Origin: an uncultured Clostridia bacterium
Lineage (GTDB): Bacteria; Bacillota; Clostridia; Oscillospirales; Acutalibacteraceae
Length of the DNA stretch: 64,000 nucleotides
Assembly: GCA_947631705.1 (NCBI GenBank)
Contig: CANRMJ010000003.1
Location: forward strand, 6,566-70,565
Reading direction: 5' to 3'
Shown: in pieces, positions 55,590-64,000 of the stretch
Layout of the letters: the number at the start of each line of letters is the position of its first letter
Position numbering within the stretch: the first letter of the stretch is position 1
Position numbers and translations under genes: made by a program
Notes under the pieces: model-generated
What the model saw: only the letters and a program-made list of their open reading frames with translations
Told to the model about the DNA's origin: nothing
The model's database searches: none

Positions 55590-56480
55590 ATGTCTTTTTC
55601 AATGAATGTTAAAAAGGAACTTGCGGAAAATGAATATGAGAACGGATGCTGCAAAAGGTCAATGCTCTACGGCTTGTGCATTTTCGGGAAAAGCTTTTCC
55701 GAAAGCAGAATTTCCATTCAGACCGAAAGCGAATGTATAGCTGCTGTTTATTCAAGGCTTTTAAAGCAGATTTTCAATATTAAAACAAAAACCGTGGTGT
55801 CTCCGCACGGAAGAAATTACACAGTTACCGTTTCTGAAAAAAGCGACGCGGCTAAGCTCTTTAAGGCTTTCGGACACGAAAAAGGCAGCAGTCTGAAAAT
55901 CAACCATTCAAATTTTGACTGCGAAAATTGCGCGAACGCGTTTATTGCCGGCGCCTTCTTGTCTTGCGGAACCATATCTTCTCCCGAAAAAGATTATCAT
56001 CTTGAATTCACCGTGCCTTATCTCAATCTTTCCAAAAGCCTGTTTACTATGCTCGACGAAATGGAACTCAATCCAAAATATATATACAGATACGGTTACA
56101 ATGTTGTTTATTTCAAAGAGAGCGAATCCATAGAGGACTGCCTTTATCTTATGGGCGCGTCTGACGCTATGTTTGAAATGATGAACATAAAAATAGTTAA
56201 AGATTTCAGAAATAAGGCAAACAGGCGCGCAAACTGTGAAACGGCAAACATCGGCAGAATGGTGAACGCCGCATCCGAGCAATTGCGCGCAATTGAAAAA
56301 ATATGGAAAGTTAAAGGAAAGGATTATCTTCCCGAAAATCTTTCGGAGGTTGCGAAAATAAGATATGAAAATCCTGATTCAAGTCTTGCAGAGCTCGCCG
56401 AGCTCTGCAATCCTCCTTTGAGCAGGAGCGGCGTTAATCACCGATTAAAAAGAATTGTTGAGATTTCAGAGGAATTATAG
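55590..56480 (+). CDS. whiA: DNA-binding protein WhiA
   Basis: SFS..VK.EL, LAGLIDADG-like degenerate repeats and a C-terminal HTH (SRSGVNHRLKRI). Confidence 0.9.
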   Translation: MSFSMNVKKELAENEYENGCCKRSMLYGLCIFGKSFSESRISIQTESECIAAVYSRLLKQIFNIKTKTVVSPHGRNYTVTVSEKSDAAKLFKAFGHEKGSSLKINHSNFDCENCANAFIAGAFLSCGTISSPEKDYHLEFTVPYLNLSKSLFTMLDEMELNPKYIYRYGYNVVYFKESESIEDCLYLMGASDAMFEMMNIKIVKDFRNKANRRANCETANIGRMVNAASEQLRAIEKIWKVKGKDYLPENLSEVAKIRYENPDSSLAELAELCNPPLSRSGVNHRLKRIVEISEEL

Positions 56481-56482
56481 AT

Positions 56483-59400
56483 ATGTTTACCCATTTGCAC
56501 GTTCATACCGAATATTCGCTGCTTGACGGCGCCTGCCGCATTGAGCAGCTTGTTATAAAGGCAAAAGAGCTTGGAATGAAATCGCTTGCCATAACCGACC
56601 ATGGCAATATGTACGGTACGGTGGATTTTTACAAGGCGTGCAAAAAACACGGCGTTAAGCCTATTATCGGATGCGAGGTATATGTTGCCCCGCGAACAAG
56701 ATTTGATAAGGATAAAACGCTTGACAAGGATTATAATCATCTGATTTTTCTGTGTGAAAACGAAATCGGATATAAAAATTTGATAAAAATGGTATCCCTT
56801 TCATTTACGGAGGGATATTATTATAAGCCGAGAATCGACCACGATATAATTGAAAAATATCACGATGGGCTGATATGCCTTTCGGCGTGTCTTGCGGGTG
56901 AAATTCCGCAGGCGCTTTTGCAGCGTGATTATGACGGGGCAAAGCGCATCGCTCTTTGGTATCGTGATGTTTTCGGAATAAATAATTATTACCTTGAAAT
57001 CCAGGATCACGGGCTTGAGGAACAGAAAATCGTGAACGACGGAATTAAGCGCCTTTCACGCGAAACGGGAATACCGCTTGCGGCAACTAACGATGTTCAC
57101 TATATTGAGCAGCAGGACAGTAAAATCCAGCAAGTGCTTATCTGCATTGCCACAAACCATATTTTAGGCGAGGATACGGGGCTTGAATTCCATTCAGAGG
57201 AGTTCTATCTGAAAAACGAGGAGGAGATGAGCGCCCTTTTCGGCGATGTGCCCGAGGCAGTGAGCAACACAGGCAAAATTGCCGAAAGGTGCAATTTTGA
57301 TTTTGAATTCGGCAATACAAAGCTCCCGTTTTTTGAAACTCCCAACGGAATGGATCATTTTGAGTATTTCAAAAAGCTGTGTTTTGACGGATTCTTCAAA
57401 AAATATGTAAACCCTCCTGAAGAATATATGAAACGGCTTAAATACGAACTTGACACCGTTAACAAAATGGGATATACCGACTATTATTTAATAGTGGCGG
57501 ATTTCGTTTCATTTGCGAAGAGCAAAGGAATCCCCGTTGGCCCCGGCAGGGGCTCAGGCGCGGGTTCAATAGCGGCTTACTGCATAGGCATAACAGATGT
57601 TGACCCGATGAAATACAACCTCCTGTTTGAGCGCTTTTTAAATCCCGAAAGGGTTTCCATGCCCGATTTTGATATAGATTTTTGTTACGAACGCCGCCAA
57701 GAGGTTATTGATTATGTAACGCAGAAATACGGCTCGGATCATGTTGCTCAAATAGTTACTTTCGGTACGCTTCAAACGAGGGCGGCAATACGCGATGTGG
57801 GAAGAACCATGGGTATGCCTTACGCCTCTGTTGATGCTGTCGCTAAACTTGTGCCGAACGATTTTCATATAAGCATAGACGAGGCGGTAAAAAAATCAAA
57901 AGAGCTGCGCAGCCTTATGGAGGAAAACAGCAGAGTAAACGAACTAATAGAAACGGCGCGCAAGGTTGAAGGAATGCCGAGAAACACCTCAACTCACGCG
58001 GCGGGAGTTGTAATTACTCACAATCCCGTGTCGTCATACGTTCCGCTTGCAACAAACGACGGTCTTGTTGTAACGCAATATATTATGACAACGCTTGAAG
58101 AGCTTGGACTGCTTAAAATGGACTTTCTCGGGCTAAGAACACTTACGGTAATTAACGAGGCGTCAAAAAACGCAGGTATAAATATAGAAGAAATTTCAAT
58201 AGAAGATCCTGAGGTTTATAAGTTGTTTGCGCGCGGGCAAACAGAGGGTGTTTTTCAGTTTGAATCAAACGGTATGAAACAGATGCTGATGAATTTAAAG
58301 CCAACGGAGCTTGAACATCTTATCGCAGCGAATTCGCTTTACCGCCCCGGACCCGCAAAGCAGATAGACACATTTGTATACAATTCTCACAATCCCGAAA
58401 AAATAACATACAGCACGCCTCTTTTAAAGCCCATTCTTAAAGACACATTCGGCTGTATGGTATATCAGGAGCAGGTTATGCAGATATTCCGCAGCCTTGC
58501 GGGATATTCCTATGGCAGGGCAGACGTTGTTCGTCGTGCGATGAGCAAAAAGAAAAAAGACGTTATGGAGGCGGAGCGTAAAACCTTTATAGAAGGATGC
58601 GCCAAAAACGGGATAAGTGAAAATGCCGCAAACGAAATTTTTGATCAGATGGCGGAGTTCGCAAAATACGCCTTTAACAAATCCCACGCTGCCTGCTATG
58701 CTCTTGTGGCGTACAGAACGGCGTATCTGAAAAGATATTGTCCCGCGGAATTTATGGCGGCGCTGCTCACGTCCGTTCTTGATTCGTCGAATAAAGTCGC
58801 AAGATATATAGCCGAGGCGAAAAGGCTTGGATTAAGGCTTTCCGTTCCCGATATAAACACCTCAATGAAAGGCTTTTCGGCAAACGGAAATGTTATAAGC
58901 TACGGCTTGCTCGGTATAAAAAATCTCGGTTCCGAATTTATAGATGAAATAATTGAGGAGCGCAAAAACGGCAGGTTTACCGATTTGCTTGATTTTTGCT
59001 CCCGAATGCAGGCGGGGCATTTCAACAGGCGAGCCGTTGAGAGCCTTATCAGGTGCGGCGCTCTTGATTCGCTTGGCGAAAACCGCCGTGCTATGCTTCA
59101 GGCGCTTCCCGCACTTGTAAACAACCTTGAAGAGCACAGAAGAAAAACAATGTACGGTCAGGTGGGATTTTTTGATCTTGGCGCCGGCGAAAACGCATTT
59201 GGATTTGATTTTGAAATGCCGAAGGTTGATGAATTTCCTAAAAACGAGCTTTTGAAAATGGAAAAGGAGATGACAGGGCTTTATCTTTCCGGCCATCCGC
59301 TTGATAAATATGAGAGTGTTATAAACAGCCTCGGCTACGCGCACACCATTGATTTGCTTGAGGCGGGCGGCGACGGATTTTCTTTTTATAAAGACCAAAG

Positions 59401-59932
59401 CAAGGTTACTATTGCGGGAATTATCAGTCATATAACACTTAAACAAACAAGAAACGGCAAAAATATGGCGTTTGTTACAATAGAAGATTTGCTCGGCTCG
59501 CTTGAAATTATAGTCTTTCCGAATATTCTTGAAAGATATAGTGACTTTCTTATTCAGGGCGGAGTTATAACCGTTTCGGGAACTCTTTCTATTGAAGAGG
59601 AAAAGGAGCCTAAAGTGCTGGCGGACGAAATAGGCGGCGCGCCTGTTAAAAAACAGTCTGCTCAAATTCGGGAAACAACTGAAAAAGCAGAGGGCAAAAA
59701 AAGCAAAAGGCGCGGCCTTTTTCTGAGATTCAGCTCGCGGGGCGATGAAAATTTGCCGAAAGCTAAAAATATAGTCTCTATATTTGACGGCGGCTTTCCG
59801 ACTTACTTTTATTATAATGATGAAAAGAAATATGAACTTCAGGGCAGGGAACTGTTTGTTGACGTGAACAAAACCATGCTCGCGGAGCTTGAACGAATAC
59901 TCGGAAAAGATAACGTTGCTTTTATTGAGTAA
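56483..59932 (+). CDS. dnaE: DNA polymerase III alpha subunit DnaE
   Basis: Motifs F.HLHVHTEYSLLDG, ITDHGNMYG, GPGRGSGAGS, PDFD.DF and SHA..Y. 1149 aa. Confidence 0.95.
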   Translation: MFTHLHVHTEYSLLDGACRIEQLVIKAKELGMKSLAITDHGNMYGTVDFYKACKKHGVKPIIGCEVYVAPRTRFDKDKTLDKDYNHLIFLCENEIGYKNLIKMVSLSFTEGYYYKPRIDHDIIEKYHDGLICLSACLAGEIPQALLQRDYDGAKRIALWYRDVFGINNYYLEIQDHGLEEQKIVNDGIKRLSRETGIPLAATNDVHYIEQQDSKIQQVLICIATNHILGEDTGLEFHSEEFYLKNEEEMSALFGDVPEAVSNTGKIAERCNFDFEFGNTKLPFFETPNGMDHFEYFKKLCFDGFFKKYVNPPEEYMKRLKYELDTVNKMGYTDYYLIVADFVSFAKSKGIPVGPGRGSGAGSIAAYCIGITDVDPMKYNLLFERFLNPERVSMPDFDIDFCYERRQEVIDYVTQKYGSDHVAQIVTFGTLQTRAAIRDVGRTMGMPYASVDAVAKLVPNDFHISIDEAVKKSKELRSLMEENSRVNELIETARKVEGMPRNTSTHAAGVVITHNPVSSYVPLATNDGLVVTQYIMTTLEELGLLKMDFLGLRTLTVINEASKNAGINIEEISIEDPEVYKLFARGQTEGVFQFESNGMKQMLMNLKPTELEHLIAANSLYRPGPAKQIDTFVYNSHNPEKITYSTPLLKPILKDTFGCMVYQEQVMQIFRSLAGYSYGRADVVRRAMSKKKKDVMEAERKTFIEGCAKNGISENAANEIFDQMAEFAKYAFNKSHAACYALVAYRTAYLKRYCPAEFMAALLTSVLDSSNKVARYIAEAKRLGLRLSVPDINTSMKGFSANGNVISYGLLGIKNLGSEFIDEIIEERKNGRFTDLLDFCSRMQAGHFNRRAVESLIRCGALDSLGENRRAMLQALPALVNNLEEHRRKTMYGQVGFFDLGAGENAFGFDFEMPKVDEFPKNELLKMEKEMTGLYLSGHPLDKYESVINSLGYAHTIDLLEAGGDGFSFYKDQSKVTIAGIISHITLKQTRNGKNMAFVTIEDLLGSLEIIVFPNILERYSDFLIQGGVITVSGTLSIEEEKEPKVLADEIGGAPVKKQSAQIRETTEKAEGKKSKRRGLFLRFSSRGDENLPKAKNIVSIFDGGFPTYFYYNDEKKYELQGRELFVDVNKTMLAELERILGKDNVAFIE

Positions 59933-60012
59933 AATTTAAAACTCTTGACTTTTACTTCTATATTAAGTAAAATTAGGTTAATTGTGCAGAATACGGATTG
60001 GAGGATATATCT

Positions 60013-60981
60013 ATGAAAACTATTGCTGTATTAACAAGCGGCGGAGACGCTCCAGGTATGAATGCAGCGGTGCGTGCAGTTGTAAGAACCGCTTGCGAAA
60101 ACGGAATTCGCGTTTTAGGTGTTATTCGCGGTTACAACGGACTTATAAACGGGGATTTTATCGAGATGGACTTGCGCTCCGTTTCTGATATTATACATCG
60201 CGGAGGAACAAAGCTTTACAGTGCGCGCTCGGTTGAATTTGCAACAGAGGAGGGCATGAGAAAGGCTATCCGCACCTGTCAGGAATACGGAATAGAGGGC
60301 GTTGTTGTTATAGGCGGTGACGGTTCTTTCAGAGGCGCGCGCGATTTATCGGAAAGAGGAATACCCTGCGTGGGAATTCCGGGAACTATTGATAACGATA
60401 TTGCTTGCTGCGATTATACAATAGGATACGATACCTGCCTTAACACGATTATGGAGTGCGTTGATAAGGTTCGCGATACCACAGAATCGCACGACAGGTG
60501 CACAGTTGTTGAGGTTATGGGTCGCCATGCCGGCTATCTTGCGTTAAATGCGGGAATAGCGGTTGGCGCAACGGCAATACTTATTCCTGAAATAAAGTTT
60601 GATATTCAAAAAGACGTTATTGAAAGAATGAAACGCACACAGCGTACCGATAAAAAACATTTTCTTATTGTGGTTGCAGAGGGCGTCGGTGTTAACGTTA
60701 CAGAGCTCGCAAAGGAAATTCAGGCAAAGACCGGCGTTGAATCAAGAGCTTGCATACTCGGTCATATTCAGCGCGGCGGCTCGCCGACCGTTCAGGACAG
60801 AGTTATGGCAACCCGCATGGGTCATTATGCCGTTAAGGAGCTTCTTATGAAGAATATCGGCAATCGTGTTGTTGCCTCGAAAAACGGCAATGTTGTTGAT
60901 TACGATATTTTTGAGGCGCTCAATATGAAAAAGCATATTGACGAGCATCTTTATCAGATTGCAATGGAGGTTTCAATCTAA
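60013..60981 (+). CDS. pfkA: ATP-dependent 6-phosphofructokinase
   Basis: Motifs LTSGGDAPGMNAA.R, GGDGS, PGTIDND and MGR.AG. The ATG at 60013 follows GGAGG. Confidence 0.95.
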   Translation: MKTIAVLTSGGDAPGMNAAVRAVVRTACENGIRVLGVIRGYNGLINGDFIEMDLRSVSDIIHRGGTKLYSARSVEFATEEGMRKAIRTCQEYGIEGVVVIGGDGSFRGARDLSERGIPCVGIPGTIDNDIACCDYTIGYDTCLNTIMECVDKVRDTTESHDRCTVVEVMGRHAGYLALNAGIAVGATAILIPEIKFDIQKDVIERMKRTQRTDKKHFLIVVAEGVGVNVTELAKEIQAKTGVESRACILGHIQRGGSPTVQDRVMATRMGHYAVKELLMKNIGNRVVASKNGNVVDYDIFEALNMKKHIDEHLYQIAMEVSI

Positions 60982-61118
60982 CTATTGCAGATAAAATCAT
61001 TGATCCGCCTGAACATAATTTTATCGGGCGGATATTTATTTACAAAATGGAAATAATTATTTATAATAATAATGTCATAGGTTATTGTGATGTGCCATTT
61101 TGAAAGAAGGAAATTAAT

Positions 61119-61985
61119 ATGAAATCTAAGGTCTATTTTTCTAAAACCATAACTTCCGAAGAAGTTCTGAGGCTTTATAAGAAACTTGGAAAAAAGCTTT
61201 ACGGAAATGTTGCCGTTAAGGTTCATTCGGGAGAGGTGGGCAATCAGAATTTTTTAAAGCCCGAATTTTGGAAAGATATTGTTGATTACACAGGCGGAAC
61301 TGTTGTTGAGTGCAATACCGCTTATGACGGCGGGCGCGATACAACCGAAAAGCATTTGAAAACGCTTGAGCTTCACGGTTGGAGCAAGTATTTTAACGTT
61401 GATTTGCTTGACGCCGAAGGACCTGATATGGAGCTGAAGATACCGAACGGAAAGAAAATAAAGAAAAATTTCGTTGGTAAAAATATTAAAAATTATGATT
61501 CTCTCCTCGTGCTTTCTCACTTTAAGGGTCATCCTATGGGCGGCTACGGCGGCGCATTAAAGCAGCTTTCAATCGGTGTTGCATCGTCTTACGGAAAGAA
61601 GTATATCCACGGTGTGGGCGTGCCCGAAAATTTTTGGGATTCGGATCACGATTCTTTTCTTGAATCAATGGCTGACGCCGCGTATTCCGTTGTTCAATTT
61701 TTCGGCGGAAATGCAGTTTATATAAATGTTATGAAAAATATGTCGGTAGACTGCGACTGCTGCGCTGTTGCCGAAGACCCATGCATGAAGGATATAGGTA
61801 TTCTCATTTCGCTTGATCCCGTTGCGATAGATAAAGCCTGCCTTGATCTTGTTTATGCCGCTGCCGATGACCCCGGCCGCGACCATCTGCTTGAAAGAAT
61901 AGAGAGCCTTAACGGCGCTCACACAATAGATGCGGCGGAGGAGCTCGGAATAGGAATAACAGATTACGAGCTTATTGAAATATAA
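61119..61985 (+). CDS. DUF362-like protein (uncharacterised, Cys-rich C-terminal half)
   Basis: From memory, the 288-aa ORF with VAVKVHSGE and a CDCC motif resembles DUF362 family members. Confidence 0.55.
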   Translation: MKSKVYFSKTITSEEVLRLYKKLGKKLYGNVAVKVHSGEVGNQNFLKPEFWKDIVDYTGGTVVECNTAYDGGRDTTEKHLKTLELHGWSKYFNVDLLDAEGPDMELKIPNGKKIKKNFVGKNIKNYDSLLVLSHFKGHPMGGYGGALKQLSIGVASSYGKKYIHGVGVPENFWDSDHDSFLESMADAAYSVVQFFGGNAVYINVMKNMSVDCDCCAVAEDPCMKDIGILISLDPVAIDKACLDLVYAAADDPGRDHLLERIESLNGAHTIDAAEELGIGITDYELIEI

Positions 61986-62116
61986 CATTTGAAAAGGTGT
62001 TTCCCGCCTCTATAGGCGGCGGGAAACACCTTTTTCTTTCAGCGGGAGATAAAATCTCCCACTGAAACGGGCTGCGCCCTTAACAAATGTTGATGTTCGG
62101 GCGATGCCCTCGATTA
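61984..62116 (+). repeat. Tandem 133-bp module, unit 1 (terminator hairpin T1, hairpin H2, two GGGC..GCCC mini-hairpins)
   Basis: AACATTTGAAAAGGTGTTTCCCGCC...; the period to unit 2 is exactly 133 bp (61984 to 62117). Confidence 0.85.
61993..62036 (+). terminator. Rho-independent terminator after the DUF362 gene (T1 of unit 1)
   Basis: A 16-bp perfect stem AAAGGTGTTTCCCGCC / GGCGGGAAACACCTTT followed by a T-run. Confidence 0.85.
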
Positions 62117-62222
62117 AACATTTGAAAAGCTGTTTCCTGTATCTATATGCGGCGGAAAACACCTTTTTCTTTCAGCGGGAGATAAAATCTCCCACTGAAA
62201 CGGGCGATGCCCACAATTAAAC
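62117..62222 (+). repeat. Tandem module, unit 2 (T1 arm degenerate, H2 identical, one mini-hairpin)
   Basis: A 49-nt block (62157-62205) is identical to 62024-62072. Six substitutions all fall in the T1 hairpin region. It is 27 nt shorter than unit 1. Confidence 0.85.
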
Positions 62223-62235
62223 AAAAAATTGTTTG

Positions 62236-62267
62236 CCCTCTCTTATTTGAGAGGGTGAATTTTTTTC
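62236..62267 (+). terminator. Terminator-like hairpin closing the repeat region
   Basis: CCCTCTC-ttattt-GAGAGGG, then TGAATTTTTTT. Confidence 0.65.
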
Positions 62268-62324
62268 AAGAATTTGTATTATTTATTTTTTTGAATATGC
62301 GGCAATAATAATCACGGTGATTAT

Positions 62325-63521
62325 ATGAAAAAAATTATTCGTATCTTAGATGTGTTTTTTGCCGCTTTCCTTATTTTTATATATACGTTTGTAATTCTCG
62401 GTTCTGTTATGCTGCCGGACAGGATAACGGTCAGAAATTCATCTGACAGAGTTATTGAAAAAATTTATACTGTCTCAAATTTCAGCGATACAAGCGTTGA
62501 TTTTCAGAGCGCGCAATCTGTCGGCGCAACCACGGCCAACCTAAAACTCTTCGGAATAATACCCGTTAAAAGCGAAGAAATAGTGAACACGCAGAGCAGC
62601 AGTGTGCTTGTTTCTGGTCAGCCGTTCGGAATTAAGCTCTATACAAACGGCGTTATCGTTGTTGGCACGAAGGATATAGATGTGGACGGAGAAACGGTTA
62701 ATCCTGCAAGAGATGCCGGAATAGAGATAGGCGATATTATTATTTCAATAAATAATAAAAAGGTTTTTTCGTCTGATGAGGTTGAGGATATTCTCAATGA
62801 TAATAACGGGGATAAATATGTTATAACTGTTAAGCGCGATGAGGAATATAAAACATTTACTTTAACGCCTGTTTATATTGATAGCGAAAGCTGCTTTAAA
62901 GCGGGTATGTGGGTGCGTGATTCCACAGCAGGTATCGGAACCGTTACATTTTTTAATCCGTCGGCGGGAACAGTCGCGGCTCTCGGTCATCCCGTTACCG
63001 ATGTTGATACGGGAGAAATAATGCCTATTTTAAACGGCGAGGCCGTTGAAACAAGAGTTACATCCGTAACAAAATCAACATCGAGCGAAACAGGCTCCCT
63101 TTGCTGCGATTTTTTGAGCAAATCTATCGGCAGCCTTATAAAAAACACCGATGAGGGCGTTTACGGAAAGTATGATGAAAGCGCAGACACGTCACAGTGC
63201 AGCGAATATCCTGTTGCAACTCCGCAGGAAACCGAAAGGGGCTTTGCCCAAATTATATGCACTATAGACGGCAACGTTCCGCAGGCATATTCTGCCGAGA
63301 TAGTTAAAATATCTTATAATGACGAAGTTAAAAATATGATTATAAAAATAACAGATGAAAACCTTATTTCGGCAACGGGAGGAATTGTTCAGGGAATGAG
63401 TGGTTCGCCGATTATTCAAAACGGCAAATTGATAGGCGCGGTTACGCATGTGATTGTTAACAATCCTCTGAAGGGTTACGGTATTTTTGCCCAGACGATG
63501 CTTGAACAGTCAGAGGCATAA
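62325..63521 (+). CDS. spoIVB: SpoIVB peptidase (S55), stage IV sporulation signalling protease
   Basis: N-terminal TM, PDZ (GIEIGDIIISINNKKV), GIGT.TF, LGH and the catalytic-Ser context GMSGSPIIQNGKLIGAVTHV. Confidence 0.9.
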   Translation: MKKIIRILDVFFAAFLIFIYTFVILGSVMLPDRITVRNSSDRVIEKIYTVSNFSDTSVDFQSAQSVGATTANLKLFGIIPVKSEEIVNTQSSSVLVSGQPFGIKLYTNGVIVVGTKDIDVDGETVNPARDAGIEIGDIIISINNKKVFSSDEVEDILNDNNGDKYVITVKRDEEYKTFTLTPVYIDSESCFKAGMWVRDSTAGIGTVTFFNPSAGTVAALGHPVTDVDTGEIMPILNGEAVETRVTSVTKSTSSETGSLCCDFLSKSIGSLIKNTDEGVYGKYDESADTSQCSEYPVATPQETERGFAQIICTIDGNVPQAYSAEIVKISYNDEVKNMIIKITDENLISATGGIVQGMSGSPIIQNGKLIGAVTHVIVNNPLKGYGIFAQTMLEQSEA

Positions 63522-63589
63522 GCCTTATTGATAAAACGATTTCCGTATGATATAATAAATGAAAATATCAGTAAATCGGAGTTGTTTAA

Positions 63590-64000
63590 ATGAAAATTAA
63601 GGTTACGGTTGTAATACCTGCTTATAATGTTGAAAAATACGTTGAGGAATGTCTTAACAGTATAGTTAATCAAACACTTAGAGAAATTCAGATAGTTTGC
63701 GTTAACGACGGCTCTACAGACGGCACACTTTCAATTTTAGAGAGCTTTGCGGAAAAGGACGGCAGAATTAAAGTTTTAAGTCAAGAAAACAGCGGTCAGT
63801 CCACCGCGCGAAACCGCGGTCTTTCGGAGGCGGAGGGCGAATACGTATATTTTATGGACGCAGACGATATCCTTGAAAATAACGCTCTTGAAGAGGTTTA
63901 TGCCGCTGCAAAGAAAAACGATCTTGATATCGTTTATTTTGACGGTATCGGATTTTGTTCTGACGACTGCCCCGTTTCCGAATCCCTTTTTAATTATTAC
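63590..64000 (+). CDS. Family 2 glycosyltransferase, 3' partial (runs off the window)
   Basis: My own translation is MKIKVTVVIPAYNVEKYVEECLNSIVNQTLREIQIVCVNDGSTDGT...YFMDADD. GGAG lies upstream. This ORF is not in the supplied track because no stop lies within the window. Confidence 0.85.
   Translation, partial: MKIKVTVVIPAYNVEKYVEECLNSIVNQTLREIQIVCVNDGSTDGTLSILESFAEKDGRIKVLSQENSGQSTARNRGLSEAEGEYVYFMDADDILENNALEEVYAAAKKNDLDIVYFDGIGFCSDDCPVSESLFNYY

Noticed and set aside
61984-62222. The direct repeats could be mistaken for a CRISPR array.
   Set aside because: There are only two units, 133 bp long and directly abutting with no spacers, and no cas genes in the window. This is not a CRISPR.
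62268-62324. I looked for a forespore-type (sigma-F/sigma-G) promoter upstream of spoIVB (GAATA and GGCAATAATA-like elements).
   Set aside because: The spacing between the candidate -35 and -10 elements does not fit either consensus as I recall them. I could not support a call.
1-64000. I searched by eye for mobile elements, prophage remnants, toxin-antitoxin pairs, defence systems, and tRNA/rRNA genes.
   Set aside because: No transposase, integrase, phage structural, Cas or restriction-like ORFs appear in the six-frame track. No cloverleaf-like or rRNA-like non-coding stretch longer than about 340 nt exists. The window is core chromosome.

Overview
This is a chromosomal window from a spore-forming, butyrate-producing Firmicute of class Clostridia. 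The assignment rests on gene content and Bacillus-like synteny; the dockerin-like module and the thl-crt-hbd-bcd-etfBA operon suggest an Oscillospiraceae/Ruminococcaceae-type gut anaerobe, with low confidence. The window is almost entirely housekeeping. In order it holds: a GH38 alpha-mannosidase and GH29 fucosidase pair; a large LRR/Cys-repeat surface protein; pyrH-frr-uppS-cdsA-dxr-rseP-ispG-polC; a histidine operon (hisZG fusion, hisD, hisB, hisA, hisI, hisE) running by codon overlaps into recJ-relA-dtd-MBL-hemZ; the sporulation/division block yabM-like-mazG-hup-yabO-yabP-yabQ-divIC; a fumarate hydratase alpha subunit, a THUMP methyltransferase and ogt; the butyrate operon on the minus strand; an SOS-type dinB module; nrdR; hprK-glcK-murB-rapZ-whiA-dnaE-pfkA; and spoIVB. 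I found no transposase, integrase, CRISPR array, tRNA/rRNA or recognisable defence island, and no convincing novel multi-gene system. The unusual signals are mostly non-coding or architectural. (1) Two families of structured intergenic repeats: a ~165-nt element that fills the whole spacer upstream of the fucosidase gene and dxr, and a long hairpin with a conserved ACAATAG loop. (2) A tandem 133-bp terminator-hairpin module upstream of spoIVB. (3) yabP is broken by a 103-bp fold-back (inverted plus direct) duplication. (4) PolC lacks the whole 3'-5' exonuclease insertion. (5) A HisZ-HisG fusion, and a his operon interrupted by an exported ComEC-type MBL hydrolase plus DUF3006. (6) A dinB gene with two LexA boxes and a tightly coupled 76-aa ORF. 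(7) Operator-like sites for Rex (butyrate operon) and NrdR (nrdR's own promoter). All functional calls come from motif recognition by eye; no database search was possible.
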